A stretch of 64,000 bases of DNA from Candidatus Hermodarchaeota archaeon (GCA_048885535.1 JBHLLO010000010.1:4741-68740); one strand, 5' to 3'; shown: positions 28,768 through 38,843, numbered from the stretch's first letter. The notes: generated by a model not told the origin, from the letters alone. Program-made: numbers and translations.

Positions 28768-29229
28768 ATGAAAAATTTGGATGATAAAGACAAGAAAATA
28801 TTGGAAATGTTAATAGAAGATTCAAGAAGACCTTATCATGAGATTGGAAAGGAGGTAGATCTTTCTGAATCAACAGTTAGAAAGCGTGTGATTAAGCTGC
28901 AAGAAGAAGGAGTGATAGAAAAATTCACAATCAAAGTATGCAGAGAGGAAGAAAGATGCATTTATGCTTTTGTAACATTATTACCTAAAAACCAGTCAGA
29001 AATTAAAGAACTAATTAGAGAAACTCAAATTTTACCCCAATGTGAAGAAGTTTATTTCTTAGCAGGCGAGTGTGGGATTTTATTAAAGGTTAATGTTCCC
29101 GAGATAACAGAGCTTGATGCATTAATAGAAAATTTTAGGGGTAGAAGTGATATTAAAAGCGTAGAAAGAGTATGCGTTGTACTTAAACCAATTAAAACTT
29201 TAACTTATAATAGCATCTCACCACTTTAG
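28768..29229 (+). CDS. Lrp/AsnC-family transcriptional regulator
   Basis: LDDKDKKILEMLIEDSRRPYHEIGKEVDLSESTVRKRV HTH plus a RAM domain. 153 aa. Same strand as the hdr-met genes and downstream of them. Confidence 0.85.
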   Translation: MKNLDDKDKKILEMLIEDSRRPYHEIGKEVDLSESTVRKRVIKLQEEGVIEKFTIKVCREEERCIYAFVTLLPKNQSEIKELIRETQILPQCEEVYFLAGECGILLKVNVPEITELDALIENFRGRSDIKSVERVCVVLKPIKTLTYNSISPL

Positions 29230-29399
29230 ACTAGTTAAATACCTAAATAAATTGATAAAGAAAACTAACTTCTTATCATAATGATATTTCAATTTCATAA
29301 CCTCACACTTTCAAAACTTTTTTAAGTATTAAAATCAAACTTTACTAAGAAATTCATTAATGTGAGAAATTGGAGATCTCAATTTAATTATTCTAAATA

Positions 29400-30545
29400 A
29401 TGATTCCCATGAATGAGCTGATTAAAAAGAGTAATTATTACTTCCAAGTAGACCTCTTAAAAGCTATTTTGATAATTTTTGTCATTTCTGAGCATGCACT
29501 TATTTATCTTCCACTAGAAATAAGAGATCAGATGGTTGTTCATTTATGGCAAAGACTTTCAATCCCCTTTTTTGTAGTTATCTTGGGATTCAATATGGGG
29601 TTGTCTTTTAAAAGAACCGGAAAATCCTCTTTAAAACAACTTTATTCATGGCATTATTTTAAGAAAAAATTTTGGAGATATGTTTTTCCATATCTTCTTT
29701 TATATATCATATCAACAATTGTTGGTTTAATCATCTATGGTTCCTTTGAAAATATCGTTTCAAATCAATTATATCCTGTTATGAACGAAAAACATCTTTA
29801 TTTTGGCATTACTCCTTTTTGGGGACCAGGAGTATGGTTTATTCCCTTACTTTTCCAATCAATATTATTAATGCCAATTATTTATAAAGGATTTTCTGGA
29901 AAAACTGTTTGGGCTTTACTCTCTCTGATTTTATGTATAGTCATTAATTTCCTTACAAGCCTATTTATGTTTTACTTTGCGATGGATTGGCATACCATGG
30001 TTTTCTTTTATATGACCATTTTTATGTATCTTGGTGGCATCGGATTGGGAATGTGGTTCTCTCGAAATCATAAACTATTTAGTTTGCATAATTTATTTAT
30101 GTGGATTATCTTTCCTCTTTGTGCATATTATGTATATCTTTTTCAATTCCATGATTATGAAATTGAATTTTTGAGAAGTGATTATAATATTATTTTTTAT
30201 ACATATGCTGCTTTCATATTTCTTGTTTTAATTTTAATTTTTCCAAGGAATCCAAAGAACAAGTTCGCGAAAGGTATAGCATGGATTGGCAAGTCATCAT
30301 ATCACATTCTCTTAGTCCAGATTTTCTATTTCGGTTTATTGAAAGCATTTACTGGAAACTTCGCATGTATCCTTCCAGATCCATATCAAACCTCTGATAT
30401 CCTATTTTGCGTGTTGTATGATATTGTTGCAATAATCGTATGTGTTATTATCGGCGTATTATGGTGCTTTACAGAAACCAAAATTAGAAAAAATCATCTA
30501 AGAAAGAAACAGAACAGAGTAAAAAATTCAGATTCTAACTCTTAA
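29400..30545 (+). CDS. polytopic membrane acyltransferase (acyltransferase-3/OafA-like family)
   Basis: About 10 hydrophobic segments. The N-terminal FQVDLLKAILIIFVISEH pattern resembles the acyltransferase-3 start. Family-level call, moderate confidence. Confidence 0.5.
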   Translation: MIPMNELIKKSNYYFQVDLLKAILIIFVISEHALIYLPLEIRDQMVVHLWQRLSIPFFVVILGFNMGLSFKRTGKSSLKQLYSWHYFKKKFWRYVFPYLLLYIISTIVGLIIYGSFENIVSNQLYPVMNEKHLYFGITPFWGPGVWFIPLLFQSILLMPIIYKGFSGKTVWALLSLILCIVINFLTSLFMFYFAMDWHTMVFFYMTIFMYLGGIGLGMWFSRNHKLFSLHNLFMWIIFPLCAYYVYLFQFHDYEIEFLRSDYNIIFYTYAAFIFLVLILIFPRNPKNKFAKGIAWIGKSSYHILLVQIFYFGLLKAFTGNFACILPDPYQTSDILFCVLYDIVAIIVCVIIGVLWCFTETKIRKNHLRKKQNRVKNSDSNS

Positions 30546-31557
30546 AATAAAATTTTCCTTTTTTTTCCACTCTTTGAACTCTTCCTTCATTTTCCAGATA
30601 AATTAAATGCCCTAATACTTCACTTAAAGCCATATACGAATTAATTTCATCAAGATCATCACCAAAATGAATCTGAGAAATTTGTATTGGTGTCATTGAA
30701 TTATCCTTAATTAAATTGGAAATCTCATTTAGTCTCTTTTTATGATGCTCCTTAATTGCTACAATTCGCTCATGTGGGTTATAGATAATTTCTTGATGGG
30801 CAGGAAAGATTACTCTTGGCTTTGACTCATCGATCTTATCTAAGGATTTTAGATAATGATCTAAGATGTTATCAAAATTATAATTTCTATACTTTTCATT
30901 TAGAGCAGAAGGTATAATAAAATTACCTATGTGAGGAGTAATTCTAGAGAGTATATGATCTCCAGAAAAGAGAAATTTGGTTTTAGTGTTGAAAATACAT
31001 ATATGACCAAAACTATGGCCTGGAGTCCAAATTACTTCTAAATGATTTAAAATTTTATCCTTGTCATATACAATTAAATCAGGTTTTTGATATCGTAAAA
31101 ATTGCGGCCAAAACTTATAAAATTGGACGATTTTCTTCCCATTTTCATCAGTAAGTCCATATTTTATCATTAAATCAGCAACCTTCTCAGCTTCCTGAGT
31201 TATTTCAACCATATTAGTGTTATTAGTTTCCCACTCTAGAATTTGATGAGTAAGGTCATTCATTACTATGTTTATCCTTTCATTCTTTCGCTTTAATGTT
31301 CTTGCTAACCCAATATGATCTACATGAATATGTGTAATAATACAATAATCAATATCTTGGGCAGAAAATCCAATTTCGTTTAAAGCTGAAAAAAATATTT
31401 TACTCCAATTCCCTATATTTAAACCAGCATCTATAAGGACTATTTGATCCTCTATCTCAAAAAGGTAAAGGCTTACATATTTCACTGCAAACGGAACATC
31501 GATCTTAATCTGAAAAACATTTTCAATCTTATTTATCTCTGATTTGAAATTATGCAA
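30535..31557 (-). CDS. MBL-fold metallo-hydrolase
   Basis: HxHxDH motif (THIHVDHIG), downstream TPGHSFGH, and a later H (PAHQE). Its 3' end overlaps the convergent acyltransferase gene by 11 nt. Confidence 0.8.
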   Translation of the reverse strand: MHNFKSEINKIENVFQIKIDVPFAVKYVSLYLFEIEDQIVLIDAGLNIGNWSKIFFSALNEIGFSAQDIDYCIITHIHVDHIGLARTLKRKNERINIVMNDLTHQILEWETNNTNMVEITQEAEKVADLMIKYGLTDENGKKIVQFYKFWPQFLRYQKPDLIVYDKDKILNHLEVIWTPGHSFGHICIFNTKTKFLFSGDHILSRITPHIGNFIIPSALNEKYRNYNFDNILDHYLKSLDKIDESKPRVIFPAHQEIIYNPHERIVAIKEHHKKRLNEISNLIKDNSMTPIQISQIHFGDDLDEINSYMALSEVLGHLIYLENEGRVQRVEKKGKFYFKS

Positions 31558-31674
31558 TCTTTAAACCTAAAGAAATTACAATCTTCTTTAGTAGAAAAAA
31601 GCTTCAAAATTTTTGTATCTTCCGAATTTTATAATTAAAAATGAAGTATTGCTAAAATCGAGAGTTCAATAAAT

Positions 31675-31685
31675 AAAAAAAAAAA
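31675..31685 (-). terminator. oligo-T (T11 on minus strand) downstream of membrane-protein gene
   Basis: A11 run on the plus strand, 22 nt past the stop of the 31707-32411 gene. Confidence 0.4.
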
Positions 31686-31706
31686 TTCAGATAAGAGAAA
31701 TTTAAT

Positions 31707-32411
31707 TTAGGTTTTTAGACCGTAGTACATAAACCAAAAGCTACTTAAATATCCAATTCGCACAAATATTAATGTATAACCTGGTTCAGTTAAACCTTCT
31801 AATAATCCAAAAACACAGAAAAATATTGACCCCAGAGATAAAAGAAGAAATTTCTTTCTTAGTATGCCGCTTGATTGAAAAGCTTTGACTAGAAATCCAA
31901 TTCCAAGTAAAACTATTATACTTAGAAGAAATACAGCCATCAAAATACCTGCTATAGAAAATATTTTAACATTATAGTCGATTAGTAATTCTGCTGGATC
32001 GGGAGGATCATCAAAATTAAATGCACTAATAGGATCGATAAAAATAATAATTTCGAAGGAAATACTTAAAATTACAAATAAGATCACAATGTACCATTTT
32101 AACTTAGGTATCTGAAGCTCTGCTCCAATATATATTGATGTGATAATTGCAGGTGCAAGCCATATATAACTTAAAATTCCCACTATGCCAGAAGTATTAT
32201 CTATATTTGTTTCAGTAGGTAAAACATATAAAAAATCCAAAAAGACTCCAAGATACATTAAACCAGCGAATAAATTCGCTAAACCTAAGAAGTTTAAAAT
32301 CCTAGCATTAGTCTTTTTTGCTTTATAAATAAAGAATATCCCAATAACTATACCAAAAATAACCACTCCAGAGGCTGTAATCCCATCAATCCATCCAAAT
32401 AGATTAAGCAT
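31707..32411 (-). CDS. hypothetical polytopic membrane protein
   Basis: About 7 hydrophobic helices. No catalytic motif recognised. Confidence 0.4.
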   Translation of the reverse strand: MLNLFGWIDGITASGVVIFGIVIGIFFIYKAKKTNARILNFLGLANLFAGLMYLGVFLDFLYVLPTETNIDNTSGIVGILSYIWLAPAIITSIYIGAELQIPKLKWYIVILFVILSISFEIIIFIDPISAFNFDDPPDPAELLIDYNVKIFSIAGILMAVFLLSIIVLLGIGFLVKAFQSSGILRKKFLLLSLGSIFFCVFGLLEGLTEPGYTLIFVRIGYLSSFWFMYYGLKT

Positions 32412-32546
32412 AATATTATCACAACTATTCTTATTAATTACGGTATGATTCTACCCAATTTTAATTATATTATAATAATATTATTAAAACAAAATCAATT
32501 TATAAATAATTACAATACGATTATATTGAAGAATTAACAACTAGAA

Positions 32547-32837
32547 TTATCTTTGATCTTGTTCTTTATCGGATTCAAAAAAAAGTGATTTTTTCATATC
32601 AAATTCTAATTCCCTTAATTTTCTTTTTATTTCGGTTGGATTGTAATCTTTTTTCAACATATCAATGATAGTGTCTTTCAAGTTTTCTAAATTATCAATA
32701 GCACACTGATAAAAAATGTTATTTTTATCCATACTCATATTTAGAATATCATACAAACCCATGAGAGTATCTCTTATTTTCTCATAATATTCCCAAGCTT
32801 TCTCTAAGTCTGATTCTTTTTTAGTGTCAGTCATCAT
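32547..32837 (-). CDS. hypothetical acidic helical protein
   Basis: 96-aa ORF only. Confidence 0.3.
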   Translation of the reverse strand: MMTDTKKESDLEKAWEYYEKIRDTLMGLYDILNMSMDKNNIFYQCAIDNLENLKDTIIDMLKKDYNPTEIKRKLRELEFDMKKSLFFESDKEQDQR

Positions 32838-32970
32838 GGCAATATCGTAGTTTTGTTAAATTAAGAAATGTAGTACAATTTATAACATTTCCTTAATGAA
32901 ATTAAATCTCTCCTTTTAAATCATGATAATAAATTTAACAAAATAAGAATTTTAAAAAAAATTTAATATT

Positions 32971-33303
32971 TTACAAAAGTGCTTTAATTTCTTTTACTAA
33001 ATCTCCAGCGCCAGCTTCTTCAAGAATTTTGAAAACTTCCTTAGCATCTACTCTTAAGGCACCATCTAGAAGCTTCTCAAAACCAATTCTAGTATTTAAT
33101 CTTTCTGTTTTTTGTAAATGAAAAATAACTCTTCCTAATTCGTTTTTCAGAATTCCACCTTTCGCATTTAAACAAACACTTAGAAGTTCAGGAACAACAT
33201 CTTCAATAACTTCCAAATCAATATGGCTAGCTAATTCATATACCTTTTCGATTTGATCATCTGTTAACGTTAAAGATTCTGCTTTTGACTTTATGACTTC
33301 CAT
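32971..33303 (-). CDS. hypothetical soluble protein
   Basis: 110-aa ORF with ordinary composition. No family recognised. Confidence 0.35.
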   Translation of the reverse strand: MEVIKSKAESLTLTDDQIEKVYELASHIDLEVIEDVVPELLSVCLNAKGGILKNELGRVIFHLQKTERLNTRIGFEKLLDGALRVDAKEVFKILEEAGAGDLVKEIKALL

Positions 33304-33813
33304 TTTTTTAACCTCATTTTTTAATATTAATTTCGTTTTTCATTACTAACTAAAGTAAGAATAGTTTAATATTTAAATGTATTGGGGTTTTTTCCGTTGC
33401 CCTTTTAACAGAATCGGGTAAATAGTCAAAATATTTACTCTTTACGGACCCATCTTGACAAAATCCAGAATTCATCAGATTTTAGGGTAAAAAATCCATT
33501 TTTTTTATTATTAGACAAAACTTTGATAATATTCTGACTAAAAAAGGAATATTTTTGACAAAAAAAAGCAATGTGATGAGGAATGGGTAAGAAATGGGTC
33601 ATCGTTATCCAAAAAAAGTTATGAAAAAATGATCATAATCTAACAATATTAATTTTTTCTTTACTAGAAAACAAAAATTCTTCGGGATCAAAATACTTTT
33701 TTAGATCATATTTAACATTCTTAATAATGTGTTTCTTATTCTTGTTTAAAAAAGATAAAAAATAATTGAATTATTTTCAATTTCATTCAAAATTTAACAA
33801 AGAGAGTAAAAAT

Positions 33814-33822
33814 AAAAAAAAA
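33814..33822 (-). terminator. oligo-T (T9 on minus strand) abutting the stop codon of the C45-like peptidase gene
   Basis: A9 run on the plus strand directly next to the TAA stop (33823-33825, complement). Confidence 0.4.
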
Positions 33823-35061
33823 TTAAATTGGAATTTTTTCTAATAAACCATCTGGAGTTCCTATCCCGAAATAACCTTTTTTCCAAAAGGACGTTGTAAA
33901 AGAAGCAAGAGTAGCTACACTTAGAGGGTCATTAGGATCAGGATATCGACATATACTTGCATCTGAGCCATCATAATAACATTCTATGCTTATCCCGTCT
34001 TCAATTTTAAAGTTACGTTTTTGAACTAGCTTCGCATTTATTAGTTGCTCCGCTTGCTTTTGGCGTGCTATACTATAAAGTGGATCAATTAAAAAGGGTT
34101 TAAGTTGATCTGAAGTATAAGTATTAGTTTTCACTGCAAATTCTTCCTTACTAACTTGATTGATTAATGCTACTCCTGGTACTGTCTCAATAGCTAAAAC
34201 CCTACCTTTTTTATCACAAATGATATAATTCCAAGAAGCACAATAGCTGGATATCATTATTGAAAGAAAGTCTTCAGTGTTTTTACAATTTTCAAAAGCA
34301 ATTCTAGATTTAATAGACGATGGAACACCAAAATTACCTTTTTTCCATGTCTGGACTAAATTAAGAGTACAAGAAACTCGACGATTTTTTCCAATAGCTA
34401 AGGTACTTGCCCCCATTCTAAGTGTAAATACCTCTTTTTTACCATGAATTTTATGGTGCACCCAAACCAATGTAGGTTGAAAGATTAATGCAAAATCCAT
34501 TGTTTGGCCATGTACAATATGAGAATTTCTAATCTTTACTGCGAAGGCAGTACAAGCTCCAATATTATTACTTGAAACTTGCAGTGGGATTAATATTCCA
34601 TAGTATAAATCTAAAAAGACTACTTGAAGTAAAATATCTTCATAAGTGAGACCAGTCGCATCTGCAATTCCTTGCATTTCAGATTTATATGATTCTGGAA
34701 TATTATACATTTTAGCATAAAATAGAATAGTATTTAGATCAAGATTTAGAGCTTGAATAAAATAATCAATAATGTTATCGAAAGTAATTATTTGTGATAA
34801 TAAGAAATGTCCAGTTAGAAAGCCTAACTCATAATAATTCTCTGCAACAACAAAAAGATACTTCTGGTTTTTACCACGCCATTCTGCGAAGTTCTCATGT
34901 TTTTGAGGACAAGATGAATTAAGAGATACACTTTTTATACTTGAATTTGTATCTTCTGATGCTGAAACTGAACCTGAACTAAATATGAAACCCATAAGAA
35001 AAAAGGTAATGATAACCAAACCAATTATGTGTATTTTTTTCATAATATAGAATCCTCTCAT
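33823..35061 (-). CDS. secreted Ntn-hydrolase, peptidase C45 / acyl-CoA:6-APA acyltransferase-like
   Basis: N-terminal signal/anchor (KKIHIIGLVIITFFLMGFIF). Internal NIGACTAFAV resembles the Gly-Cys autoprocessing site that exposes the nucleophile Cys. The start may be the MKK at 35043. Confidence 0.55.
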   Translation of the reverse strand: MRGFYIMKKIHIIGLVIITFFLMGFIFSSGSVSASEDTNSSIKSVSLNSSCPQKHENFAEWRGKNQKYLFVVAENYYELGFLTGHFLLSQIITFDNIIDYFIQALNLDLNTILFYAKMYNIPESYKSEMQGIADATGLTYEDILLQVVFLDLYYGILIPLQVSSNNIGACTAFAVKIRNSHIVHGQTMDFALIFQPTLVWVHHKIHGKKEVFTLRMGASTLAIGKNRRVSCTLNLVQTWKKGNFGVPSSIKSRIAFENCKNTEDFLSIMISSYCASWNYIICDKKGRVLAIETVPGVALINQVSKEEFAVKTNTYTSDQLKPFLIDPLYSIARQKQAEQLINAKLVQKRNFKIEDGISIECYYDGSDASICRYPDPNDPLSVATLASFTTSFWKKGYFGIGTPDGLLEKIPI

Positions 35062-35362
35062 AGCTTTATTGAAACCTAATATCGATTCATTTCTAGAATC
35101 ATATTAATTATATAACTAACTATAAAAAATACGCGAAATAGCTGGTTTAAATAAAAATCAGTGCGTTTATTCTTTTTATCTTATACTTTTGTGTCATATA
35201 TGTCATTTTCATCAAAATTTTTCCTATTATCTAATGATAAATAAAAACTTGAAAATTATTATCAAATATCAAGAAATTTAAAGCAAAATATTAAAAATTC
35301 CTACTAGTATATTGTTTTTATACAAACAAATTAAAATGCTACTTAAAAGGTTAGGTGTTTAA

Positions 35363-36856
35363 ATGACCCAAGAATTAGAAAAAGAATTATCTAAGGTTAT
35401 TAAAAAGGAACGAGTTCAAGGAAAATTGATTAAGTATATGACAAAATGGGGTAAGCCTCTTCTCTACATTTTACCAATCATACTTGTTATTATGGCATTA
35501 TTAACATTACTAAGATATGCTATTTTAGATTTTACACTACAAGTAATTTTTATTATTATATTAGGGATTTATGGAATTAACTCTATAATTTTAATTTTGG
35601 GGGCTCAAAAAACAAATAAATCGTTAAAAGTACGATTAAACTTTGAAAGAAGAAGAGGAAGACCCATAGATAGCTTAGACGGCTTTGATATACTGTTTAG
35701 CAGAGTGAAAAGAGTAACTAATCTATTGAAATCAATTGGACTTATTTGTATTGTTGCTTTAATATTGTTTTCTATTATGATTTTTGTACCGAGTTTTCTT
35801 GATATAGGATATGCCGCAGTAGGTTTTGCGCTTATTGGTTTTGGTTTGGCATTATTAATTCGTAGTTTGAATTTAAATATCCATAATGTTAATGGACTTC
35901 AAGACTTTTATATCCCCACCACCCATCAAATTTTTCTTGATAATCTTTTTTCGGAAATTTTCGCAAATCATTTAGATCCAGTCACTTTTTTAAAATGGGA
36001 TGAATATTTAGCGGGAATTAATAAAATCCTTAATCCTACGTTTGTAGAGAAAGTTAAGGAGCAAGAAGCAGAAGAACTTCCAGTAACATTTGCTGTTGAA
36101 TCATTATTATTTCTTTACTATTTGCGATATCAAGAAGTACTTACAAATGAGCAATTCATTCGAGAATTAAAGGAAATTATAAATGTAGATTCCTTTGATT
36201 ATGATATAGAAAAAGGCTTATTAATAGAAGGCTCTTGGTACTTTTCTACTGAAGATATTTATAGGTTATTTAATTATATACGAAAATTTAATCCGGGCTT
36301 TTTTAACATTATTGATAGGTTACAACTTGAATTAATTGATAATATTGAAAGAGTAGCTAAGGATCCAATTTATATGGATTCAGCAGCTCAAGAGGTGGTT
36401 TACTTAAATGCAGAATTAAATATAATGATCTTTCTTTACAATAACTCTATTGCTAGTAAAAAATATAAAATTAAAGTAGTTGCTCCCGGATTTGATCCTG
36501 ATGAACTTATACTAAATATTGAGGTTGAAGGTAGGGGATCTTTTACCATTCCTGATAAACCAATTCCATTAATATCTTCTGGAGCCATGGACATTGCTAA
36601 TGTGTTATCTACAATGCTAGAGAATGCAGATACAACTTGGCTAACTTTAGAACCCCGAGAAACGGGAGAACAAACAATTCAAGTATTTCTAATGGCAGAA
36701 GACGGAACAATCATTGAAGGCAAAACGAGAGCTGTTAAAGTAACAAAAAATTTAAAAGCCTACTTAAAAAAGTTTTCTTCCATTGGTTCCTTACTAGGTG
36801 GTCTTGCTGTTCCTTTAGCAAAAATTCTTCCAGCTCTATTAGGAGTAGGTTTTTGA
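35363..36856 (+). CDS. hypothetical membrane protein (4 N-terminal TM helices, large soluble region, C-terminal hydrophobic anchor)
   Basis: Hydrophobic segments at aa 30-85, at 120-170 and at the extreme C-terminus (LLGGLAVPLAKILPALLGVGF). No family recognised. Confidence 0.4.
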   Translation: MTQELEKELSKVIKKERVQGKLIKYMTKWGKPLLYILPIILVIMALLTLLRYAILDFTLQVIFIIILGIYGINSIILILGAQKTNKSLKVRLNFERRRGRPIDSLDGFDILFSRVKRVTNLLKSIGLICIVALILFSIMIFVPSFLDIGYAAVGFALIGFGLALLIRSLNLNIHNVNGLQDFYIPTTHQIFLDNLFSEIFANHLDPVTFLKWDEYLAGINKILNPTFVEKVKEQEAEELPVTFAVESLLFLYYLRYQEVLTNEQFIRELKEIINVDSFDYDIEKGLLIEGSWYFSTEDIYRLFNYIRKFNPGFFNIIDRLQLELIDNIERVAKDPIYMDSAAQEVVYLNAELNIMIFLYNNSIASKKYKIKVVAPGFDPDELILNIEVEGRGSFTIPDKPIPLISSGAMDIANVLSTMLENADTTWLTLEPRETGEQTIQVFLMAEDGTIIEGKTRAVKVTKNLKAYLKKFSSIGSLLGGLAVPLAKILPALLGVGF

Positions 36857-37134
36857 TCTATTCTCTATTTATCTTTCTTTATTTTCTTCTTATTCTATAC
36901 GTAAGTGAATAGTTATTTGAAAATAAGAATTAATATGATCTTATTTAAGCTAGTATCCTATCTTTTATAAAAATCAATTTTGAAAAATTAGTCATTTTAA
37001 TGAATAATCTTGTCAATTATATTTTCAATTTTAATAATTAACTTAAAATTCAGTTCTTAATTTTTTTTCACATTGAAAAATGAATTAAATAAATTTGGAA
37101 AAAGTTAAAATTTTAACTGAGATGATATAATAGA

Positions 37135-37806
37135 ATGGTTGTTATTACTACCCAAAAACCAGATGAAGAGGTACTCGAAGCTTTAGAGAATTATGGTGTC
37201 AAGAAGCTTACTATTATTTCTTGTGGGACTTGTTCTGCACTTTGTCAAACAGGTGGGACAGAAAAAGCTTCGGAATGGCAGCAAAAGTTACAGGAAAAGG
37301 GTTATGAAATCGTGGCAGTTATAGTATCAGAAGATGTATGTGATAATAGGGTTATGAAAAAGGATTTACGTAAAATCGATGAAGAAGTAGATGCATCTGA
37401 TGCTATTTTAACTCTAAGTTGTGGGCTTGGAGTCCAATCAATCGTAGAGGTTCTTCAGAAAAAACATCCAGAAAAACCAGTTCTTATTTCAAATAATACA
37501 AAGTTTATTGGAATGACTGAAAGAATTGGTAGATTCTATATGAGATGTCGAGCGTGTGGAGATTGCTACTTAAACTATTCTGGGGGTATTTGTCCAATTG
37601 CAACTTGTGCTAAAGGCTTAATGAATGGTCCATGTGGAGGTATGGTCGATGGGAAATGTGAAGTTGGTAATTATCAAAGAGATTGTGGTTGGATTCTAAT
37701 TTTTAATCGTTTGAAGGCAATTGGCAGACTAGATTTATTTAGCCAACTACATGATGCTCGTGATTGGTCGGAATCTGGTCACCAACAAGAAGTTATATTC
37801 AGGTAA
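37135..37806 (+). CDS. metV: MetV-like protein, copy 2 (diverged paralogue)
   Basis: Same Cys signature as copy 1: CRACGDC...GGICP...CAKGLMNGPCGGMVDGKCEV. The rest of the protein is strongly diverged from copy 1. Confidence 0.75.
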   Translation: MVVITTQKPDEEVLEALENYGVKKLTIISCGTCSALCQTGGTEKASEWQQKLQEKGYEIVAVIVSEDVCDNRVMKKDLRKIDEEVDASDAILTLSCGLGVQSIVEVLQKKHPEKPVLISNNTKFIGMTERIGRFYMRCRACGDCYLNYSGGICPIATCAKGLMNGPCGGMVDGKCEVGNYQRDCGWILIFNRLKAIGRLDLFSQLHDARDWSESGHQQEVIFR

Positions 37807-37818
37807 AGGTGAAAGAAT

Positions 37819-38757
37819 ATGATAGAACATAACACTTATTCAAAATTAGGAGAAGCTCTTACAAAAGGAGATTTTATATTAACAGGTGAATTAGAACCCG
37901 AGAAAACATGCGATCTTTCTCATACAATACAGGAAGCAAAAGCTATGGCACCTTATGTTATTGCAGCAAATGTAACAGACAGTCCACTTGGTATAGTGAC
38001 CATCAATAGTATGGCTGCTTCACATATTATTCAAAAAGAAGCGGATGTGGAAGTAATTTGGCAATTAACCGTAAGAGATGTCAATAAACTCGGAATTGCT
38101 GGCATGGTTATGGGAGGATATGCCTTAGGACTAAGGAATATTCTTTCATTAACTGGAGACCATCCAGCATTGGGTGATATGCCTGAAACTAAACCAGTTT
38201 TTGATTTAGATTCTGCAACCTTGGTAAAATTAGTTAGAGAGATGGTTGATACAGGAAAAATCAACGGTCATGAAATTGAATCTGCTCCAAAACTTCATAT
38301 TGGTGCTGCTGCTAACCCAAATGCCGAACCAATGGAAGCAGAAGTATTAAAGATAGGGCGTAAAGCAAAAGCTGGAGCTGAATTTTTACAAACTCAGGTA
38401 GTATATGATTTAGATCGTACTATTGAATTCTTAACTGCAATTAGGAGATATGGTGTCCCCATTCTATTGGGAATATTTCCTATGAAAAGTTATGCAATTG
38501 CTAAGGGATTCGATACATTTGTACCAGGTGTTTCTGTACCTAAAGACATCCTTTCGAAGTGGAAGTCAATTAAAACTAATTATTCTACTGATAAGAAAAT
38601 GCAAAAAGAGGCTTATGATCACGCTAATTATGAATTTTTTAAACCGTTTATTACTGAACTTAGGAAAAAAAAGCTATTAGACGGAATTCATTGTATGGCA
38701 GTTCATTACCCCCGTATTTTCCCAAAACTAGAGGAAGTTATAAGAAGTACAAATTAA
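37819..38757 (+). CDS. metF: 5,10-methylenetetrahydrofolate reductase, copy 2
   Basis: TVRDVN, LSLTGDH and FLQTQVVYD motifs. Starts 12 nt downstream of metV copy 2. Confidence 0.85.
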   Translation: MIEHNTYSKLGEALTKGDFILTGELEPEKTCDLSHTIQEAKAMAPYVIAANVTDSPLGIVTINSMAASHIIQKEADVEVIWQLTVRDVNKLGIAGMVMGGYALGLRNILSLTGDHPALGDMPETKPVFDLDSATLVKLVREMVDTGKINGHEIESAPKLHIGAAANPNAEPMEAEVLKIGRKAKAGAEFLQTQVVYDLDRTIEFLTAIRRYGVPILLGIFPMKSYAIAKGFDTFVPGVSVPKDILSKWKSIKTNYSTDKKMQKEAYDHANYEFFKPFITELRKKKLLDGIHCMAVHYPRIFPKLEEVIRSTN

Positions 38758-38818
38758 ATAACCCTTTTTATTCTTTTGGAAATTATTTAGCTAAATTAAA
38801 AACTTATTTAAAGATAAT

Positions 38819-38836
38819 AAAAAAAAAAAAAAAAAA
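38819..38836 (-). terminator. oligo-T (T18 on minus strand) 8 nt downstream of the oppB-like stop codon
   Basis: Uninterrupted A18 run on the plus strand, lying between the convergent metF copy 2 and the permease operon. Confidence 0.55.
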
Positions 38837-38843
38837 CTTACTT

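Noticed and set aside
33304-33822. Replication origin (ORB-like repeats plus an AT-rich stretch) in the 519-bp gap
   Set aside because: There is no orc1/cdc6 gene adjacent. The repeats are short (9 nt) and do not resemble the longer ORB dyads. Composition alone is not informative in an AT-rich genome.
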